This document shows positions 1 to 11,280 of a stretch of 64,000 nucleotides of DNA, one piece after another. A program made the position numbers and the translations under genes. The DNA comes from Octopus sinensis (taxonomy: Eukaryota). Positions within the stretch are counted from its first letter, which is position 1. Each line of letters begins with the position of its first letter. The notes beneath the pieces are model-generated. The model did no database searches. It was not told the DNA's origin and worked only from the letters and a program-made list of their open reading frames with translations. The DNA is taken from assembly GCF_006345805.1 (NCBI RefSeq), contig NC_042999.1:166594001-166658000 (forward strand), read 5' to 3'.

Positions 1-98
1 TACAAAGAACAAGTCCTGGGGTCGATTTGCTCGACTAAAGGCGGTGCTCCAGCATGGCTGCAGTCAAATGACTGAAACAAGTAAAAGAGTAGAAGAGT
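1..98 (+). mobile_element. 3' end of tRNA/CORE-type SINE (family A)
   Basis: ggcggtgctccagcatggc...gactgaaacaagtaaaagagt tail shared with full copies. Confidence 0.9.
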
Positions 99-178
99 AT
101 TTTTTGGCTATAACTCTCTAAAAATGCTTTATAGTTATTTCCCTTACAAACCCGAGCAACGCCGGGCGATACTGCTAG
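99..178 (+). mobile_element. Helitron 3' end, same family
   Basis: Hairpin plus CTAG identical to 7680-7759. Confidence 0.85.
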
Positions 179-242
179 TAATAATATACACTACTTTCTC
201 CCCTATATTAGAATGGATCCTTCTGTTGCCGGCTCTTTTTGT

Positions 243-660
243 ATACTCTTACTCTTACTCTTTTACTCTTTTACTTGTTTCAGTCATTTGACTGCGGCCA
301 TGCTGGAGCACCGCCCCCAGTCGAGCAACTCGACCCCGGGACTTATTCTTTGTAAGCCCAGTACTTATTCTATCGGTCTCTTTTGCCGAACCGCTAAGTG
401 ACGGGGACGTAAACACACCAGCATCGGTTGTCAACAATGCTAGGGGGACAAAACACAGATACACAAACACACACACATACATATATATATATATATCCGA
501 CAGGCTTCTTTCAGTTTCCGTCAACCAAATCCACTCACAAGGCATTAGTCGGCCCGGGGCTATAGTAGAAGACACTTGCCCAAGATGCCACGCAGTGGGA
601 CTGAACCCGGAACCATGTGGTTGGTTAGCAAGCTACTTACTACACAGCCACTCCTGCGCC
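243..660 (-). mobile_element. tRNA/CORE-type SINE family A, full length
   Basis: tRNA-like head with B box (ggttcagtccc), CORE-like cttgggcaagtg, internal (TA)n and (aaagagt)n tail. Confidence 0.9.
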
Positions 661-1235
661 TATTGTTTATGTTTATAATCAAAATGCAATAAAGTTTAAT
701 TCAATAAATGTATAAACAGCAAATCCAGAATAATATGGAAAGAGAAAATATCATAATACAAATTATATCTGTTCATCCCTTAAAATTTATTTCAAGCCTT
801 TAAGGTAAAAGACTATGATATAAAAAAAAAACCTATGTTGGATGGTGGAATTATTATTTTATATTTTATATTTATAAATCCATGTTTTTTTGCTTTCATT
901 TTTCCTTCTTTTTCTTTTCTTTTCTCATTCTCAATACCCTATGATATTATATTAATCTCTTCTTTTGTTTCTTTAAGACATATAATAATATATACTACTT
1001 TCTCCCCCTATATTAGATTGGTTCCATAGCCTTTATCTCAACATGTATTGCTAATCGGTATATCCTTACTACCTCTGAAGAGATTCATCTTATAATGATT
1101 TTAATTTTATAAATTAACTATCTAAAGATTTCTGAATCGAAACAGCTGTCAGAGATGTAATATTTTATAATTAATAAATAATTTTATTAATTACCTCTCC
1201 ATTTTCTTCTTATTCTTTATATATATATATATATA

Positions 1236-1575
1236 TCATCATCATCATCATCATCATCGTTTAACGTCTGTTTTCCGCGCTAGCACGGGTTGGACGGTTC
1301 GACCGGGGTCTGGGAAGCCAGGGGCTGCTCCAGGCTCCAGTCTGATCTGGCAGAGTTTCTACGGCTGGATGCCCTACCTAACGCCAACCACTCCGTGAGT
1401 GTAGTGGGTGCTTTTTACGTGCCACCTGCACAGGTGCCAGGGGGGTCTGGCATTGGTCACGATCGGTTCGAGCTTTTAACGTGCCAGCGTTTTTTTTTGT
1501 TTTTTTTTATGTGGCACCGGCACAGGGGCCAGTCGGGGCGGCGCTGGCATCGGCCATGTTCGGATGGTGCTTTTT
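1236..1575 (-). mobile_element. RTE 3' UTR-only copy
   Basis: (cat)n-cgtttaacgtc...cagctggatgcc, as at the 3' end of 12391-14060. Confidence 0.88.
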
Positions 1576-1698
1576 GGGGGTGCAGGTAATATAGGGAAGC
1601 ACCAGTGGGGAGGGTTGGGGTAAGGAGGAACGTTGACAGGTAGGGTTGGTACAGGTTCGCAGGAAATAAAACGTAGGACATCACGAGTGGGGGAGGGA

Positions 1699-1786
<88 letters not shown>

Positions 1787-1791
1787 ATACA

Positions 1792-1863
<72 letters not shown>

Positions 1864-1993
1864 CACATATATACATACATACATATATGTATATATATAT
1901 ATATATATATAATATTGATCGCCATGTTGATTCGCTAGCCTCTGCATGCATTTTTTTTCTCTCCTTTTTCTTTCTGTCTTTCTTTTCTGTGTA

Positions 1994-2031
1994 TCTTTCT
2001 GTTGAAGAGCGTAGGCTCGAAACGTAAAAGA
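1994..2031 (+). ncRNA. minimal type-I hammerhead ribozyme-like motif, copy 1 (Penelope-type)
   Basis: TCTTT / CTGTTGA A / GAGC-GTAG-GCTC / GAA / ACGT / A / AAAGA. Stem I, stem II and a palindromic ACGT replacing helix III are all visible. One core deviation (A6 to U). Confidence 0.6.
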
Positions 2032-2068
2032 CATACATATATACATACATACATATACATATACATAT

Positions 2069-2100
<32 letters not shown>

Positions 2101-2106
2101 ATATAC

Positions 2107-2141
<35 letters not shown>

Positions 2142-2192
2142 TACATACATATACATATATATACATACATACATATATAATACATATATATA

Positions 2193-2238
<46 letters not shown>

Positions 2239-2240
2239 CA

Positions 2241-2301
<61 letters not shown>

Positions 2302-2374
2302 CGCCCATGTGATTCGCTAGCCTCTGCATGCATTTTATTCTCTCCTTTTTCTTTCTGTGTTTCTTTTCTGTGTA

Positions 2375-2412
2375 TCTTTCTGTTGAAGAGCGTAGGCTCG
2401 AAACGTAAAAGA
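2375..2412 (+). ncRNA. minimal type-I hammerhead ribozyme-like motif, copy 2
   Basis: Identical 38-nt motif 381 bp downstream of copy 1. Confidence 0.6.
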
Positions 2413-2507
2413 CTTGTTTTATTTATATTCCTGAGCGCCATACTAATACAATTGTTTGTTTGTATTCCACCTGCCTTCGTCTTTTGTTTATTTTCATAAA
2501 GCTTCCC

Positions 2508-2561
<54 letters not shown>

Positions 2562-2674
2562 CAGCAAAGCAATTAAGATTCAAATGAATTCAAATGAATT
2601 CAAGTGAATATGGTACTTAACTTAGATGCACCAGAATTCTTTATGGTATTAACCATAAAAATATATGGGGTGAT

Positions 2675-3095
2675 TATAGCCAAGAAAAAAGTAGCAACAA
2701 TAATGGATCAGTAATTCGGTACAATTGTTTCATACTGAGAACATTTTTAGTTGAAGCTGCAAATATTACAGCAAATATAATGTCAAGTATTCATCAGCCA
2801 AATCACATATCCTTATGAAGCTTTTTAAAAAACTTTTTTAAAAACTGTGCATTGTTGGAAGACATATAATGTCTGCTTATTACCTTACTTCTAAGTCATG
2901 GAACTCACTCTGAATACTTCATAAGGATATTTACACTTTCTAGGATGGTTGGAAAACATATATGTGATTTGGCTGATGAATACTTGACATTATATTTGCT
3001 GTAATATTTGCAGCTTCAAATAAAAATGTTCTCAGTATGAAACAATTGTACCGAATTACTGATCCATTGTTGTTGTTACTTTTTTCTTGGCTATA
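2675..3095. mobile_element. hairpin MITE with ~145-bp arms
   Basis: 2675-2821 is the near-perfect reverse complement of 2918-3095, apart from an extra ~27 bp in the right arm. Confidence 0.8.
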
Positions 3096-3952
3096 TATAT
3101 ATATACTAACAAAATAATAAATAAAACATATGCATATATACATACATATATGTACGTACCTACATCTATATGTATATATACATGCATATATGGGTACAGG
3201 ACACCAAAAAAACGTCGAACACAATGAGGAATGAAAACAAAAACAAAACCAAGGAAACGGACATTTTTTTAAACAACGAAAAAACAGAGTACAAGACATA
3301 CAACACAAGGAAAATTCCCCTTCTTCGGCCGCCTCTGCTTCGTCTACTCCGCGTTTCGAAGGTAAAGGCGAGACACGACTTCATTGAAACAGTCCTTCCC
3401 GCAAAGCAAATTAAATAAAATTTGAGATTTTTTTGCAGAGGAGTAAAAGTGGTAACAAAAACAGGATAGCAAAGACAATACAAAAAAAAAGAGTAAAAGA
3501 TAGAACAAGGAGAATAACAGTAACACAAACATTAAGGGTTGTTAAGCCTGGACGAAAGGAAAAATTATTTTGACCGCTTTGAGAACGGCTTGAGAGAGGG
3601 ACAAGAAGCCGTCTACACTTGGAGGCAGTAGTCAGAAAGGCAGTGGCCCTCTGGTCACGTGTCAGCGACGGGAGAGAGGAGGAGGAGAAAGGGAGAGAAA
3701 AAGGGAAGGGTTGTAGAGAAAACCAGAAAGAATGAAGAATGAGAGAGAGAGGGACAGTAAGGTTAGAAGAAAAGGAAGGGGTGGTAGAGAAAACCATAAA
3801 GAAGGAAGAATGAGAGAGGGAGGGGGACAGAAAGGTTAAGAGTGCGCATTATTATTATTAAGATAAAACTTACTGGGAAGTGGATGCGTGGCGTTCCATC
3901 ATATAATAACAAAATAATAAATAAAGCATGCATATATACATACATATATATA

Positions 3953-3986
<34 letters not shown>

Positions 3987-4193
3987 TGTAAGTATGCCTT
4001 ATACATTTAGATTGTGATTCTGAAAAAATGTATTTTATAATTTTTAATTTTAAATCGGCCGCCCACCACAATTTTTCGAAATATATGCTCATCTGTATAA
4101 TTTGCGCGTGCGTGGGTGCATAAGCAGACGACACTTCGAACTAATAACAAACACCAATTTTTCGTTATTTTATTGTTTTCTATAAGATTTTTA

Positions 4194-4884
4194 GGATCCT
4201 TTCGGTTTGAACGGCAGTTTGTAACATAATTTCTAGGTAACTAAATAATTTTAAACTTCGTATACTGGTAGAATGTGTTTATAAAACATCATTTTCTCTG
4301 GGCTTTATTGAGAAAATTCTATAGTTTGTAACAAATTTCGTCTAAAATTTATTGCATTTCAGCAATTTTAACCAATCGCTGACCGTGAAAGCATTCTGTG
4401 CCGCATCAATATGTCCTCGTTTAAGAAACAGATTGGGTTTATTTACATTTGTGATGAAAAAAGATACCCTTCCCCCACCCCCTAACCCTAAGTTTTTCCT
4501 AGCGGTGTCAAATGAAAATGTCACCCACAATTATGATCCTAGTATCGATCTATTGCATTTCAATCTATTTTAGGGTTAGGGTTATGGGTGAAGGAAGGGT
4601 ATCTTTTTTTCTTCAGAAATGTAAATAAACCCAATCTGTTTCTTAAACGAGGGACAAATTGATGCGGCACAGAATGCTTTCACCTCAATAGACGGTCAGC
4701 GATTGGTTAAAATTGCCGAAATGCAAGAAATTTTAGACGAAATTTGTTACAAACTATAGAATTTTCTCAATAAAGCCAAGAGAAAATGATGATTTATAAA
4801 CAAATTCTACCAGTATACGAAGTTTAAAATTTTTTAGTTACCTAGAAATTATGTTACAAACTGCCGTTCAAACCGAAAAGATCC
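4194..4884. mobile_element. foldback element with ~290-bp TIRs
   Basis: GGATC...GATCC ends, perfect 8-bp TSD gattttta (4186-4193 and 4885-4892). Confidence 0.9.
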
Positions 4885-5229
4885 GATTTTTATAATTTCT
4901 AAGGGCGCAGCCAAATAAAAAAGATCTATTCCATATTCTAAAACACTTATAATTGCCATCTTTGTAAAAACAACAACAACAAAAAACTCACCCCCTTCCC
5001 TTCATCGTAACTTTCACCATAAAAAAAAAAAAACCAAGCACCATAAGTTGAAAGAAGTATCTATAGAACGATAATTTCAGTAATTTAAAATGTGGAAAGG
5101 AATATTTTTCAATTGAAGAAAATTATGAGACCAAAATATCTATTGTTTTTTTTGTTCCCTCTATCAAAGTTAACAATCGCAAACGGTATATTTCTATTTG
5201 GTTTGTCTTGTGTTGATGAAAAAAAATTT

Positions 5230-6400
5230 ATAAAGTAGCAACACGGATCTGTTCTTGCGATAGTTTCTTTCGATACGCAAAAACTGGGGAACTGATTTTC
5301 ACTACATCAAAGCTTTGTTGCTGCTTATCATCCCAGGTCTAGGTTCTGTCTTCGCACAGCAGACAGTGATGAGTACAGCGCAAGTGAATCAGAAACAAAC
5401 CAACCCGGCTATTGTATCATCCCCAGAATAGTACGTAATCTTGACACATCTTTGGCGGCTATATATTTCGACTATAGCTTTATCTAAATATACCCCTTCT
5501 TTGCTGGCTTGGTAGTCAACGAATTTGAGGTTTGGTTGTCTGCTCTCGCATTTGACTTCGTTTACTTTGAGTCCTGATTTTGTGAGCTTCTTCATGCTCA
5601 ATTCAAACCGTTTATCATGTTGTTCTGCAATATATCTATTTCTTTACTACCCACAAAGGGCTAAACACAGAGAAGACAAACAAGGACAGACAAACAGATT
5701 AAGTCGATTATATCGACCCCAGTGCATAACTGGTACTTAATTTATCGACCCCGAAAGGATGAAAGGCAAAGTCTACCTCGGCGGAATTTGAACTCAGAAC
5801 GTAGCGGCAGACAAAATACCTATTTCTTTATTACCCACAAGGGGCTAAATACAGAGAGGACAAACAAGGACAGACATAGGTATTAAGTCGATTACATCGA
5901 CCACAGTGCGTAACTGGTACTTAATTTATCGATTCCGAAAAGATGAAAGCCAAATTCGACCTCGGCGGAATTTGAACTCACAACGTAACGGCAGACGAAA
6001 TACCGCTAAGCATTTCGCCCGGCGTGCTAACGTTTCTGCCAGCTCGCAATATATCGATATTGTTCTGCAATATATCGATACGTAATAACGTTATTTTGGT
6101 AAGCGCGCGCCTCCTTCCACCCCCTCGAAGAAATGAAACATTCAGACAGAATGTTCTGCAGTATTCATTGTAGCTCTCTGCGCACCGAGTTCAATTCATA
6201 CTGTGATCAGCTTCGTCTTTCATCCTTTCAGAATCGATAAAGAACTAGCTCAACGTTATAAGCGTCACCAGTCACATATCTTTGCGTTCGAAGATGGCAA
6301 TGGCCAGGGTTCTTCACTTGACGACATGAGCACCCTGTCCAAATCGCAGTTGTTCCTCATAAACAGTATACGCAAGTCGACAATAGGTAAATGAAAATCC
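5230..6400 (-). mobile_element. degraded Gypsy RT remnant interrupted by SINE B
   Basis: Minus-strand HDKRFELSMKKLTKSGLKVNEVKCE...KEGVYLD (5389-5625) and IVDLR...EPWPLP (about 6300-6390) resemble Gypsy RT. Confidence 0.6.
5637..6047 (-). mobile_element. tRNA-derived SINE family B, two-unit (dimeric) copy
   Basis: A box tggcagaaacgttag and B box gagttcaaattcc on the minus strand; two ~183-bp body units; flanking duplication tgttctgcaatatatc. Confidence 0.88.
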
Positions 6401-7369
6401 CTGTTATTTTGCAATCTACTTCGTTTAAACTAGTGATTAATGTGGAGGTGAGGGAGCAAACTTCCACATTTAATATTTGTCCAATATAATGGCGATGTAA
6501 TCGACTAGCCCCCCCCCCTCCTACCAAAATTTCAGGCCTTGTGCCTCTAGTAGAAAGGAATGTAATCACGAAACAAATAGAACGATACGGATGTAAACTG
6601 ACTGTCTTATCATTAACAAAGAGTTAATAAAATTTGACTAATATTCTTTGGAGTAATCTGTCTTTTGTCAGTTGGAGAATCACTTTGATTAAGTCACTTT
6701 GATAAGTAAGTAACCTTGAAACGTAACTCATTACAGTTGCCGCTGTCTTGAGATCCAAGTTTGCTCTGTCTCAGTGGCTAATTAATGTAAATCAGTGGAA
6801 TCAATTAAAACAGAAAAGGTGATTCAAGTCATGCACTCGAAATACTTTTGTAAAACTGCCCAGAAATCAGTTGAATTCTGCCGTTTGGATCAGTGAGACG
6901 CACAATGGTAAATGTTGACAGCAGGATGGAGGAACCAAAAACGGGGAAAGGCAACTTTAAAATCCACTATCCTGCTTTGGATTCTTTTTGGTAACTAAAC
7001 TCTGAGATTTTCTAGGTAACTTGCAATTGTAACAGGTTTTTAAAGAATTGACACACAAGAGAGTTGAGACAAGACAAGGTAAGGCCATCTCTTTTGACCA
7101 GCTCTCACGATGTAGTGTTTTGATTCAAGTAAAAAATGAAATTAGCCTCTTTGTTACAAAACAGATATTAAATCTATCGAAAATTTGCTTCACAATTAAG
7201 ATGCATACTTTTGTAATTTATTCGTTGTTATTTTTAAAAACGTAATATAGGATGCGAAATTATGATTACTGATGATAGTCACTTAGTAAACTCGTCAGAT
7301 ATGAAAATTTAGACCATTTCATTTAATATCCATTCCCTCCAGTCGTAAAAACGAAGTTTGAAAGTTACA

Positions 7370-7759
7370 TCTTTATATATAAAAGAGAGGTTGTGTGCTG
7401 TCTGTCTCCTACGATTTAGATTCCTAACTGCTCCCACATTTTGCGGTGCAGTGTAACCAAAACCGGGTATCTTATAGTCGTGATTCATATCGAGCCCTTC
7501 TGGGTATTAGCGCGCGTCTACGATGAGTCTACGATTTAAAAAAAAAATTACAATAATTTTTTCCATTTTAATGCATTTTTTCGCTATTATATAAGGGAAG
7601 TAACTCTCTAAAAAATGTCTACGATGAGTCAACGATTTAAAAAAAAATTACCATAATTTTTTTTTCATTGTTAATGCATTTTTTTGGCTATAACTCTCTA
7701 AAAATGCTTATATAGTTATTTCCCTTACAAACCCGAGCAACGCCGGGCGATACTGCTAG
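7370..7759 (+). mobile_element. complete non-autonomous Helitron
   Basis: A|TC start, 3' hairpin cccgagcaacgccggg, CTAG|T end, no TSD. Confidence 0.9.
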
Positions 7760-8469
7760 TTAAATCTAATTTAATATCTTCGGAAGATTTAATTTTTTCA
7801 CATTGTCGAGCAATGTTACTCTTAATTTCTTCTTTCCTTTGACATGACTTTTAACATGTAGAAACTTGTAGTGACAGAAAAAAAAAAACAACAACTTTAG
7901 ATTGCTGAAACTGTTCCTATTCGACTTTTGCAAGTAAATTCACGAGTAAAGAAGTTATAATTGTCCTGTATCCTTCCTTCTATTTTTCCACCCTTTAATA
8001 TACACATCAGTTAAAACGTCTACTTTGCAGATAAAGAAAGGAAAAACATTTCTCTCACAGACAAGCGATGAAAATAGTCACGTTTGAATGATATTGGCAA
8101 TTAAGGTTTATGGTGTGAGTACCTTGCTGTAGTCTTCGCTGAATAAAAAAGAACCAAAATGAAATTCTGAGGACCGAATGCATATTGATTAACATCGGAA
8201 GGTGAGATCCACATCTTTTAATACAATTCTCTAGAACTATTTTTAGAATAATATGTAGTGAAATGAAGTAATTGAAGAAATTGTGTTTACATGGTTTGAA
8301 AACATCGTTATTCAAATACATTTTTCGAAATAACTTTATCTTTTTGATATTACTAATGAGACCAGGTTCTCGCCTTTTATTAATGGTACGTTGTAATCTC
8401 TATAATTTCGTTAGTTTTGTTTGTTTTCACTTAATTTTTAAATAAATATACAGTGTATGTGTCTATATA

Positions 8470-8804
8470 TACTGCCTCAGTAAAGCTGGACCGAAGAGCC
8501 ATCTTCGTAGTCATAAAACGAGACAGATGAATGACAACCTGGCCACTGGTGGTGGTGTAACACACCATACTAATCATATCTGTCGGGCATGTGGAAGAGA
8601 GTGTGATTCGGCAGGAGGACTCAAACGACATGCAAAGGTACATGAAGCCCAGTTACAACTACAGCCGGCTGTTGGCCGGTAAAGTTGCCTATTCTGTACA
8701 AGACATTGTAGATCTTTAGCTGGGCTAAAAAGTCACATTCGATCACAGCACCAGTAACAGTTAAGCTTCGTGCAATGGCCATACTCGATAACAAGGGGGC
8801 AGCC
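8470..8804 (+). mobile_element. LINE (RTE/BovB-like) 3' end encoding tandem C2H2-type motifs
   Basis: Frame from 8473: CLSKAGPKSHLRSH...CRACGRECDSAGGLKRHAKVH...CLFCTRHCRSLAGLKSHIRSQH, with one stop. Confidence 0.6.
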
Positions 8805-8944
8805 TAGCTTGTTTACCAAGCACATGGTTCCAGGTTCAGTCCCACTGCGTGACACCTTGGGCAAGTGTCTTCTACTATAGCCTCGGGCCGACCAAAGCCT
8901 TGTGAGTGGATTTGGTAGACGGAAACTGAAAGAAGCCCGTCGTA

Positions 8945-8990
<46 letters not shown>

Positions 8991-9203
8991 ATATATATAT
9001 TTTTATATATGCGTGTGTGTGTCTCTGTGTGTCCCCCTAGCATTGCTTGACAACCGATGCTGGTGTGTTTATGTCCCCGTTACTTAGCGGTTCGGCAAAA
9101 GAGACCGATAGAATAAGTACTGGGCTTACAAAAGAGTTGCTTGATTAAAGGCGGTGCTTCAGCATGGCCACAGTCAAATGACTGAAACAAGTAAAAGAGT
9201 AAA
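8805..9203 (+). mobile_element. SINE family A, 5'-truncated, small internal deletion
   Basis: Same body and tail as 243-660. Confidence 0.9.
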
Positions 9204-9228
9204 TATACACACACACATACATACACTG

Positions 9229-9260
<32 letters not shown>

Positions 9261-9704
9261 ATATCATCATCATACATACTCCAAGAGGATAAGGAGATAG
9301 ACAAAGAACATGTTTTATCAACATTTCTGTTATTTAAATAACAGAAATAATCAGTGAAAAGCAGTGTCTTTTTTTTGAAAAAGTTTCAGTTCCAACTGTG
9401 ATGTTGTTGGTAAAAACATGTTCTTTGTCTATCCTCTTGGAGATTTTGGATACAATTATACTCATGTGTCCTTCAAATTTAATTAAATTCTATGTTTTTT
9501 GTGCAACTGAAGATTGCTCTACATTTTAAATTGATGTATGCATTGTTCAATTAAATGGAGTCGCATGAAACGATTGTACTGCATTACCTCTGAATATCCT
9601 TGTTGCTTATTTTGATTATAATCACCTTATTTTAAATTGTATGGATAATACCATACTAAATCCTGGTGCCTCAACTTAAGCACCGTATTCATCTGAATCT
9701 AAAT

Positions 9705-9736
<32 letters not shown>

Positions 9737-10918
9737 ACTGTGTGTGTATATATATATATATATACTAGCAGTATAGCCTGAGGTTGTCTGGGATTAAGTT
9801 AGGATTCTTAAGCTAATCAAGCACTTTGTTTCAAACCAAACTAAGTTATACTGACGTAAAATTTGAGTGAAATCCGTTGATATTGGTAAACATTTGGCTT
9901 AAAATGGGTTGCAGACAATTTGATTGGGAAATCCCATAAGAAATTGGTTTATCGATTTTTCCACTCATCAATTTTTTATTTTTTCACTTTTGGAGAACTT
10001 AAAGCATTCAAAGATCTCATGAGTCCTAAGTAACGCCAGTATCAAGTTTGAACAAAATACATCAAAACTGGTAAAAGTTATGGTTGAAAATGGGGTGCAG
10101 CTAATTTTAGTGGGAAATCCTATAAGGAATCAGTTTATGAATTTTTCTTTTATCCTGATTAAATGGAAAACTCTATAAAGAATCAGTTTATTGATTTTTC
10201 ACTCCAAATAGGACTTAACTGAACACAACATTGCTGATTCAAAAATTCTATATTTATACTTTAAAGTTCGTTTTCACACCCAACCCAGTTTTGCAGAATC
10301 AGTGTCACAACAGGAATGCATGGGTTGGAAGTTTGACTAGCAGAGGTGATCAGGCTGCACATGCTGGCCCTTTCGACCCCCCCCCCCATCATCTAACCCT
10401 CCTTGGCCCATGGGTTGGGAACCCTTCTGGCAAGGAAAATAGAATGACCAAAAGGCTTCCAATCCTGTGTCAGAAGAGGTTATATTCAGATCACAACTAA
10501 GCCTCAACCTAAGCTTAAGCTAAACTAGCAAAAGGGGGCTTGGGAGCCTCTAAAAGGCAGCGACTAGTCCTGATCTAGTCCTAACCCCTCCTAGGAGTAC
10601 TATTGGTGAAGGCTGCATTGGAGAAGGTTGCCTCGAAGGTTTGCATTGGAGATCTGGATTGGAGTAACTTAGGAAAACTTACCATCAGCTGTAACAAAAA
10701 AATAAAGGGCCTGGTCCTTCTAGCCTAACTCTATGAACAACTTGGCCAAGCGCTGATATCGGCCGAATAAGCATTGTTGTCGGAGAAGTCAGCAATAAAG
10801 AAGAGGAAGAGTCCATGAGCCATGTTGCCATGGTTTGAGAATATGTCTAGCCATTGCTTCTGAATCGCCTGTTTATAACCACATAGGCTGCAATGACGAC
10901 CTGTTCTTCTTTCTACGC

Positions 10919-11280
10919 CTATAAAACTCCGCTATAGACAACATTGCGTGTTCTGCTCTGAGGAGCATACACAAAAAGAACATTTCTACTCCTCACATGG
11001 GAGCAGGCCACATAAAGTTGCCCATGTGAAAAGCACGGCTTCCCCAAATGGATGCTTGCTACTGATAGTGTTTGGCCTTGGGATTTGTTGATGGGCATGG
11101 TGAAGCATGGCCTCACCTGGAACTGCGATCTGTGGAAGTTAAATGGCATGTCTGACCTCGATGGATAAAGGTGCATCCTTGAAATGAAAACATCCCCACC
11201 TCCCGCACTCTGTAACAATGGTGGCCTCAATAAAGTGGGGCATCAGGGACTTGACCACCAAGCAGGTCCCATTGCACTGT
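10919..11280 (-). pseudogene. Helitron PIF1-type helicase C-terminal fragment
   Basis: FHRSQFQVRPCFTMPINKSQGQTL...FSHGQLYVACS...TRNVVY. Confidence 0.9.

Larger units (their letters stand above)
1700..2556. repeat. compound (TA)n/(TACA)n microsatellite blocks with a duplicated ~115-bp unique segment (about 1918-2032 and 2301-2413)
   Basis: Directly visible; source of many spurious Y/I-repeat ORFs. Confidence 0.95.

Noticed and set aside
255-575. Recurrent ORFs such as MTTDAGVFTSPSLSGSAKETDR and LFQSFDCGHAEAPPLIEQLDPG
   Set aside because: They recur at every SINE-A copy and are translations of the SINE body.
1476-2499. Long ORFs of 100-209 aa rich in Y/I/C/M
   Set aside because: Translations of (TA)n/(TACA)n microsatellite, which lack stop codons by chance.
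3335-3395. Minus-strand hammerhead (...caatgaag...cttcgaaacgcgg)
   Set aside because: The CUGANGA core and the NUH site are both broken and stems I and II are not convincing.
6203-6394. Plus-strand ORF with plausible splice sites (IDKELAQRY...KSTIG)
   Set aside because: The opposite strand reads as degraded Gypsy RT, colinear with the RT remnant at 5230-5630, so this is probably an antisense shadow. Not fully excluded.
10824-10837. RFX X-box for the ciliary gene (gttgccatggtttg)
   Set aside because: Only a half-site, inside a probable transposon-borne block and 9 kb from the ATG, with no known TSS.
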